From IMG/VR virus record IMGVR_UViG_2837383163_000007, positions 5,990 through 69,989 of that record: a stretch of DNA of 64,000 nucleotides. One strand, 5' to 3'. Below are positions 58,217 through 64,000 of this stretch, piece by piece. This DNA is from a virus. A model generated the notes under the pieces. That model worked only from the letters and a program-made list of their open reading frames with translations, was not told where the DNA came from and did no database searches. The position numbers and the translations under genes were made by a program. How positions within the stretch are numbered: position 1 is the first letter of the stretch; every line of letters begins with the position of its first letter.

Positions 58217-59656
58217 ATGGAAAATTCTGATAATGGTGTAAATCAAAATCATATAAACTTTGCTTCAAGACAAAAATCTTTATCTGAGGTTAGAAGCATT
58301 GAAGAAATAAACAAAAACTATTACAAACCATCAAGCATAAGTCCTTTACAGTTAAGCAGAATACTTGATAAGCCTGAATCAAACATATCCTCACTTCAAG
58401 ATTTATCGGTCAAAATGACTCAGCTTAATGGTATGCTTAAAGAATTTATTAACTATAAGTCATTAATTCTTACTCAAGACCACTATATCTTTTCTTCTGA
58501 TAGTTTTAGATACAAAGACAAAGACGCAATATGGAAAGATGAATTAAAGGTCGCTCAATATCTGGAAAAATTTGGGATTAAAACCTTAATGAGATGGATA
58601 ACAAAAAGATTATTTCAAAATGGTGAGGTTTATATATATAAAAGAGAAACCAAAGATGGTATGTTAATTCAAGAAATACCACAGAAATTATGTAAGATGG
58701 TTATGCTTGATGAATTTGGTATTTTTAGATACGGGATAGATGTGTCTAAGATATCTGAATCACAGTTGGATTATTTTCCTGAAGAAATCTCAAAGGCTTA
58801 TATAAAATATAAAAATTCAAAAGACAAGAAGAATATCAAGGGATTTAATGGAGATTATTATGTAGTTGGGGAAAATGGTGCTGGTTTTCAGTTAAATCAA
58901 TGGGAAAGCAAAGGGTTGCCATATTATTTACATTTATTCTCTGTTCTTTTAAATTTATCTGATGCTGAAACACTTGACAATGAGAATAATAAGCTTGATA
59001 ACTATAAATTATTATATCAACAACTACTTCACGATGAAAAGACAGGGAAAATGCAAATAGATGCTGATGTCGCAGGTGCTTATCACGAAGCTATAAAAAG
59101 CACACTTCCTAAAGGTATAGGTATTGTAACAACGCCTATGAAATTAGATTCTATAACTCTTGGAGATGGAAAACTCAAAGGATATGAACACGTAAATAAC
59201 ATAAAAAAGAGTGTCTATGATAATGCAGGGATATCTGATGATTTATTTAATGGAAATGCAAAGACTAAAGAAGCTATAATGCTTAGCTCTATAATAGATA
59301 CATTAGTTCCGATTGAAATTCAAGGACTTGTTGAAAAATGGCTTAATTATGAGTTAAGACAAAAATTTAAAAAAGGTGGATGGAAAGTTAAATTTTTAGA
59401 AACTTCTTATTACAATAAGCAAAATGCAATAAAGACGGAAAGAGAAAATCTTGCCATATATGGGTCTAAGAAAAAATATTTGGCAACTCAAGGATTTAGT
59501 CCTCTTGAATCTTTAAATATTCTTTATAGTGAATCAATATTAGATTTAGAAGAATACATGACCCCTATGCTTACATCTCACACTATAAGCTCAGATAAAG
59601 CAGGTAGACCCGAGGGAACAAATAAAGATGGAGAAATATCCTCCAGTGAAGGATAA
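58217..59656 (+). CDS. Portal protein (mirror copy)
   Basis: Identical translation to 56179-57618. Confidence 0.75.
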   Translation: MENSDNGVNQNHINFASRQKSLSEVRSIEEINKNYYKPSSISPLQLSRILDKPESNISSLQDLSVKMTQLNGMLKEFINYKSLILTQDHYIFSSDSFRYKDKDAIWKDELKVAQYLEKFGIKTLMRWITKRLFQNGEVYIYKRETKDGMLIQEIPQKLCKMVMLDEFGIFRYGIDVSKISESQLDYFPEEISKAYIKYKNSKDKKNIKGFNGDYYVVGENGAGFQLNQWESKGLPYYLHLFSVLLNLSDAETLDNENNKLDNYKLLYQQLLHDEKTGKMQIDADVAGAYHEAIKSTLPKGIGIVTTPMKLDSITLGDGKLKGYEHVNNIKKSVYDNAGISDDLFNGNAKTKEAIMLSSIIDTLVPIEIQGLVEKWLNYELRQKFKKGGWKVKFLETSYYNKQNAIKTERENLAIYGSKKKYLATQGFSPLESLNILYSESILDLEEYMTPMLTSHTISSDKAGRPEGTNKDGEISSSEG

Positions 59657-59667
59657 GAGGTGATTTT

Positions 59668-59853
59668 ATGAAAGACCTTTTTTTAATATCTAGGTATCCC
59701 AAAGATATGGAGAAAGCTGGATATTTTAGAATTAAAAAATACAGAATGACTGAATCTGATGATATATACATATATTCAAATACAGGTTCTTGGAATAAAT
59801 TAAAGGATAAAACAAAGAAAAACATTATGTATACACACAAGCTATTCTTGTAG
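59668..59853 (+). CDS. Small hypothetical protein (mirror copy)
   Basis: Identical to 55982-56167. Confidence 0.55.
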   Translation: MKDLFLISRYPKDMEKAGYFRIKKYRMTESDDIYIYSNTGSWNKLKDKTKKNIMYTHKLFL

Positions 59854-59898
59854 GGGCTACCCTACTTTTTTTATATTCAAAGAAAACAAATAATAAAA

Positions 59899-61089
59899 TT
59901 GGAGGTAAAGATTTTGAAAAGAAGAGCCAATATGAGCTGTTTATTTACTCAATCTACAGAACCAATTAGTTCAAATCTAGTTCCAGTAAAGATAACTCTT
60001 TTACATGATAATCAGAATAGAAATTATACTGATATAAGTATTGAAGCTATAAGAGAGGCTGAGCCTAGTCTTAAGAATAAACCTATCTTGGCTTATATAA
60101 GAAAAGATGAAAACGGAGAGTATGATTTTGCTGGACATGAAATTGAAATCACATTAACTGATAATGGTATCAAAGAAACCTATCTTGAAAGACCAGTAGG
60201 TATTATACCAGAATCAACAAGGGTTGAATACACGTCAAAAGATGGAAAGATCTATGTGAGTTGTACGGGATATATCTATAAAGATTATTCAAACGAAACC
60301 TTGGAACTTATAGAAAAAACAAATGGAAAATGTGTAAGTGTTGAATTAGCAGTTAATGAAGGTTATTCAGATGTGGATAATATATTCCATATAACCAAGT
60401 TTGATTACTTGGGCATAACTATATTGTCTGATGATATAACTCCTGGTATGGACGAAAATTGCAGGCTTGAACTATTTGGGAATCTTGATGATTACAAAGA
60501 ATTTATAAATAAAGCAAAAGCAGATGTATATTCTTTTGAAAAAGAAGAATATAATGCAGAAGAAAATAATACTGAGGAAGAACCACAGAAAACAGAAAAT
60601 GAAGATACAACTGAAGATAAAAAGCCGATTGAAGACACAGACATAGAAGAATCTAATAATATAAACACTCAAGAATTAGATTTATCTATATTTAAAGATT
60701 TGTTTGAAACAAATATTAACTCATTAGAAGTTTTAAAAGGACTTTTTATTTCCAGAATAAATGAGTTAGAAAAAAAATTATCGGTTTTGGAAAAATATAG
60801 AAACGACAATGAATATTCTAAAAGAGAAATAGAAGTTAAAAATATTCTTGAAAAATTCTCTATTGATGAGGATTCTGTTGTAGAAATAAAAGAAAAAGTG
60901 CTGTCTTTTGAAGCTACGTTAGAAGATTTTGAAAAGGAACTTTATGTAATAATTGGAAAAAATGCACTAAAGAATAACAAAAAACAGAATTTTTCTTTTA
61001 AAGGCATAAATTTAAATAATACTGAAAAAAATAGAGAAAAAGAGAAACTTTACAATGGATTACTAGATAACATTCTAGGTTGTAAGTAA
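59899..61089 (+). CDS. Prohead protease/scaffold (mirror copy)
   Basis: Identical to 54746-55936. Confidence 0.72.
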   Translation: MEVKILKRRANMSCLFTQSTEPISSNLVPVKITLLHDNQNRNYTDISIEAIREAEPSLKNKPILAYIRKDENGEYDFAGHEIEITLTDNGIKETYLERPVGIIPESTRVEYTSKDGKIYVSCTGYIYKDYSNETLELIEKTNGKCVSVELAVNEGYSDVDNIFHITKFDYLGITILSDDITPGMDENCRLELFGNLDDYKEFINKAKADVYSFEKEEYNAEENNTEEEPQKTENEDTTEDKKPIEDTDIEESNNINTQELDLSIFKDLFETNINSLEVLKGLFISRINELEKKLSVLEKYRNDNEYSKREIEVKNILEKFSIDEDSVVEIKEKVLSFEATLEDFEKELYVIIGKNALKNNKKQNFSFKGINLNNTEKNREKEKLYNGLLDNILGCK

Positions 61090-61110
61090 TAATTTTACGG
61101 AGGTAATAGT

Positions 61111-61575
61111 ATGGCATTAGTAAATATAACAAAAAATCCATTTTCTGAACCAATAAGCGTTAGGTTTGGAAATAATACACCTACTAAGAATGGTGCGTTT
61201 GTAACAATAACAAAGGATAAGGCAGAAACAGAAAAAGATGTATTTAAGGCAGATGCTTTTGGGGATGGCAAGAAACCTGAGCTAGAGATAGCTGTCATAG
61301 CTGAGTCATTCCACCCATATCAGAATGAGAACGAAAATGATTTAGTTATAGAACAGAACAAGGTGTATAGAGCATTTCCTATAAAGCATGGACTTGAGAT
61401 AGCAGTTTCGCAGGCAGATTTCATACATAATACTGTCGATGTTGGCGATGCAGTAAAACCACATCCAAGTTCTCACAAGTTGGTTAAGGATACAGAAGGT
61501 ACAAGTGCTATAGGTTATGTAATAGGAACACCGGTTCTTAATGGTCAGAAATCTGTAGAAATAAGATTTATATAA
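61111..61575 (+). CDS. Capsid decoration-like protein (mirror copy)
   Basis: Identical to 54260-54724. Confidence 0.55.
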   Translation: MALVNITKNPFSEPISVRFGNNTPTKNGAFVTITKDKAETEKDVFKADAFGDGKKPELEIAVIAESFHPYQNENENDLVIEQNKVYRAFPIKHGLEIAVSQADFIHNTVDVGDAVKPHPSSHKLVKDTEGTSAIGYVIGTPVLNGQKSVEIRFI

Positions 61576-61576
61576 T

Positions 61577-62578
61577 TTGCGAGGTGATATAGATATGAAT
61601 AAGGATTTGAAGAGTTTAGCACTAGATATATATACTAAGAAGGTTCAGACATTTTCTACAGAAGATGGTTCAAAGATAGATGCGAACGATGCACTGAGAA
61701 AATTGTTTGATGAAAAGACAGGTGGGGATAGAAGTCCAAGAGCCTTTAACAAGATAAAAGATGAATTTTTTGAAATATTAGAAGTTCTTGTAACTGAAGG
61801 AACATCTAGTATAACTAGAGAGGTATTCTCACCTATTATGGAATTTAAAGATACATCTTATGGTGAGAAACCTAAGTTTGTAACTAATAATCCTGAACTA
61901 TTTGATGTTTCTGTTATAGCAGCAAGTAATGATAATATAAGAAGGCAGAGATTGTTTAATGGTGAAGTTCCTACTACTCCATTTGATTTAGGTCTTGCCG
62001 CTTATACTGAATATGATGCTTTTATGCTAGGAAAGATAGATTTAAACAATCTAGTTGATAGGGTTGTAGCTTCTTTTAACAAGAGAATAGCAGAACTTAT
62101 TGGAGAAACTTTCGCAAAGGGATATGACAGTATAACTGTTGATGAATTAAAGGTTACACATTCAAATGTCGAAGAAGGCAAGCTTTTAGAACTGTGCGAG
62201 AAAGTTGGTAACGGTGCTGTTATATATGGCACTAAAATAGCTCTATCAAAAATACCAGGAATTGAAAATTTTGCCGTTGATTCTACAGATATCAGAAATG
62301 GTGGATTTGTCACTAAGTTCAAGGGTGTTAAGTGTGTACAGTTGGAAAACGTTTATAATAAGGATACTAAGAAATTCGCTATAGCAAATGACACTTTATT
62401 TGTTATTCCTGAAGGAGATAAGATTCTTTATGGTGGATTTGAAGGGGAAGCATGGATAAACGATAATCTTGATAACGGGCATAGAAGGCTTGATAGACAG
62501 TTGGAATTATCTTATGCTAGAAAGTTCCATCTTGGTATTGCAGTTGCAAATAGATATGGGGCTTACAAGATACAGTAA
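61577..62578 (+). CDS. Major capsid protein (mirror copy)
   Basis: Identical to 53257-54258. Confidence 0.75.
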   Translation: MRGDIDMNKDLKSLALDIYTKKVQTFSTEDGSKIDANDALRKLFDEKTGGDRSPRAFNKIKDEFFEILEVLVTEGTSSITREVFSPIMEFKDTSYGEKPKFVTNNPELFDVSVIAASNDNIRRQRLFNGEVPTTPFDLGLAAYTEYDAFMLGKIDLNNLVDRVVASFNKRIAELIGETFAKGYDSITVDELKVTHSNVEEGKLLELCEKVGNGAVIYGTKIALSKIPGIENFAVDSTDIRNGGFVTKFKGVKCVQLENVYNKDTKKFAIANDTLFVIPEGDKILYGGFEGEAWINDNLDNGHRRLDRQLELSYARKFHLGIAVANRYGAYKIQ

Positions 62579-62583
62579 TAGTT

Positions 62584-63189
62584 ATGAGGGGAGTTTCTTC
62601 CCCTTTTTTTATTAAGGAGAAAAATATGGCAAAGATTATTAGAAATAAGGTTAATAATAGAGCAGAAAATAATCCCAAATATTTTGAAATTAAGAGATGG
62701 ATAAATGAAAATGAGGATTATATAACAGCAGAAGTTATAAACCTTACAACAGGTGTTACTTGTTTTTTAGATTCAAGAACAAAAGAGAGACTAGAATGGA
62801 ACGAAAGCGGAGATACCAAGATAATATCTATGAAAAATATATTATCAATGTTGGGAAGCTCAAGAGGTCTTTTAAAATCTCTTTCTTTGGGCATTGTTGA
62901 ATTTTTCAATACAGGTGAAGTTTATTCTTTTGAAGAAATAATAGCTACCCTAGGATTGGATTTTGCTTACGCTCCATTTGATTACAATATAACAAATATA
63001 GACGGACTTATAATTGATTCAAGTTTAGATGAATTTGATACCTTTTGTAATAAACTATCTATAGATATTCTTCTTTTGGTTTTTTCAAGATACTTATATC
63101 TAAAATCAGAAGGTGAAATAAATGACAAAAACAAAGAAAATATTCTTTCCAATATAACGGGTAAAGGATATTTATTTGAAAATAAATAA
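62584..63189 (+). CDS. Hypothetical virion-block protein (mirror copy)
   Basis: Identical to 52646-53251. Confidence 0.55.
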   Translation: MRGVSSPFFIKEKNMAKIIRNKVNNRAENNPKYFEIKRWINENEDYITAEVINLTTGVTCFLDSRTKERLEWNESGDTKIISMKNILSMLGSSRGLLKSLSLGIVEFFNTGEVYSFEEIIATLGLDFAYAPFDYNITNIDGLIIDSSLDEFDTFCNKLSIDILLLVFSRYLYLKSEGEINDKNKENILSNITGKGYLFENK

Positions 63190-63207
63190 CTTATTGGGAG
63201 GATTCAT

Positions 63208-63816
63208 ATGACACAAATAGACATTATTTACGATATATTCCTCTCTCAAATAGATGATGAATTATTTGCTTTGTTAAGACCGAGTATAGCTAGAAGAGAA
63301 CTTAATAAGTATCTTATTGGTTCTATATCAAAATTTAGAAATTGTAAAAAAGACTTGAAAATTCAAGGATATGGATTTTCATCTTTAAAGTTAGGTGTCG
63401 GAGAATATCAACTTTCTCTTCCAAAAGACCATTTAGAAAATATAGAAATTATTGGTGAAGAAACAGGTATTGAATATAAAAAAGGAATAGATTGGGATGT
63501 CAAAGATGAATTGATTGAATTTGAAAGCCCTTTATCTGAACCAGTAGAAATATGTTTTTATAATAATGGATATTTTGAAACCGATTTAACATTTGATGAA
63601 ATGTTTATACTGGCACAAGGAATGATATTTTATTGGTTACACCCTAAACTAAATAGAGAGGATAATCTAAGACAGCTTGTGACTGATAGTGATTTTAAAA
63701 AGCTATCAGGAGCAAATATGCTAGATAAGGTTATCAAGCTTTATGAAAATACTAAAAATGATTTAGAATCGAATATAATTGCTTATTCATATAAAAATAT
63801 AGGAGGATTTAACTAA
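63208..63816 (+). CDS. Head-tail adaptor-like protein (mirror copy)
   Basis: Identical to 52019-52627. Confidence 0.55.
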   Translation: MTQIDIIYDIFLSQIDDELFALLRPSIARRELNKYLIGSISKFRNCKKDLKIQGYGFSSLKLGVGEYQLSLPKDHLENIEIIGEETGIEYKKGIDWDVKDELIEFESPLSEPVEICFYNNGYFETDLTFDEMFILAQGMIFYWLHPKLNREDNLRQLVTDSDFKKLSGANMLDKVIKLYENTKNDLESNIIAYSYKNIGGFN

Positions 63817-64000
63817 TGTCCTTTAATGATATGTGTATGAATGATTATAAAGATAGAGTTCTAAGAAATAATAAATTAAGGTCTTTAAAAGATGTTGAAA
63901 AGCAAAGAGCAATAGATGGTTTTAAAAAATATCTAAACACATCTATAACTGCACATAAAGTAAAGGTTACAGATGTGGACGAAGTTTGTATAACAAGCAA

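Larger units (their letters stand above)
51835..64000. repeat. Giant inverted repeat (arms 51835-57904 and 57934-64000; extends beyond the window)
   Basis: Identical ORFs mirrored with coordinate sum 115835; three 1-bp deletions in the right arm near the junction. Confidence 0.97.

Noticed and set aside
1..64000. CRISPR array, tRNA or rRNA genes
   Set aside because: No regularly spaced repeats or cloverleaf/rRNA-like segments recognised by eye; a tRNAscan-SE or Infernal run would be needed to exclude them

Overview
AT-rich window from a large temperate siphovirus-type phage or prophage with SPbeta-like organisation. The host is probably an anaerobic low-GC Firmicute (inferred from NrdDG and the clostridial-type endolysin domains). 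No host housekeeping flank is visible. Positions 1-27310 (+ strand) hold small accessory ORFs, two DNA methyltransferases plus a relic of a third, DnaB-like helicase, primase, Cas4-like nuclease, DnaE, a Panacea/SocA-like protein, NrdD/NrdG, FolD, a secreted glucosaminidase, ATP-dependent ligase, RuvC, an IS200 element and a tyrosine integrase. Positions 27372-57933 (- strand) hold the late block: terminase C-terminus, portal, head, tail, 2670-aa tape measure, fibres, holin, two endolysins, a second tyrosine recombinase and a subtilisin. From about 57934 to the window end the sequence is the reverse complement of 51835-57904. This fold-back cuts the terminase gene and is most likely an amplification or assembly artefact. 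The most notable observation is the unannotated 304-aa ORF at 19583-20497, between nrdG and folD. By eye it aligns collinearly with the catalytic and anticodon-binding domains of threonyl-tRNA synthetase but lacks the Zn/threonine-binding ligands, so it is a candidate phage-domesticated pseudo-synthetase. All family calls are from motif recognition by eye; no searches were run.
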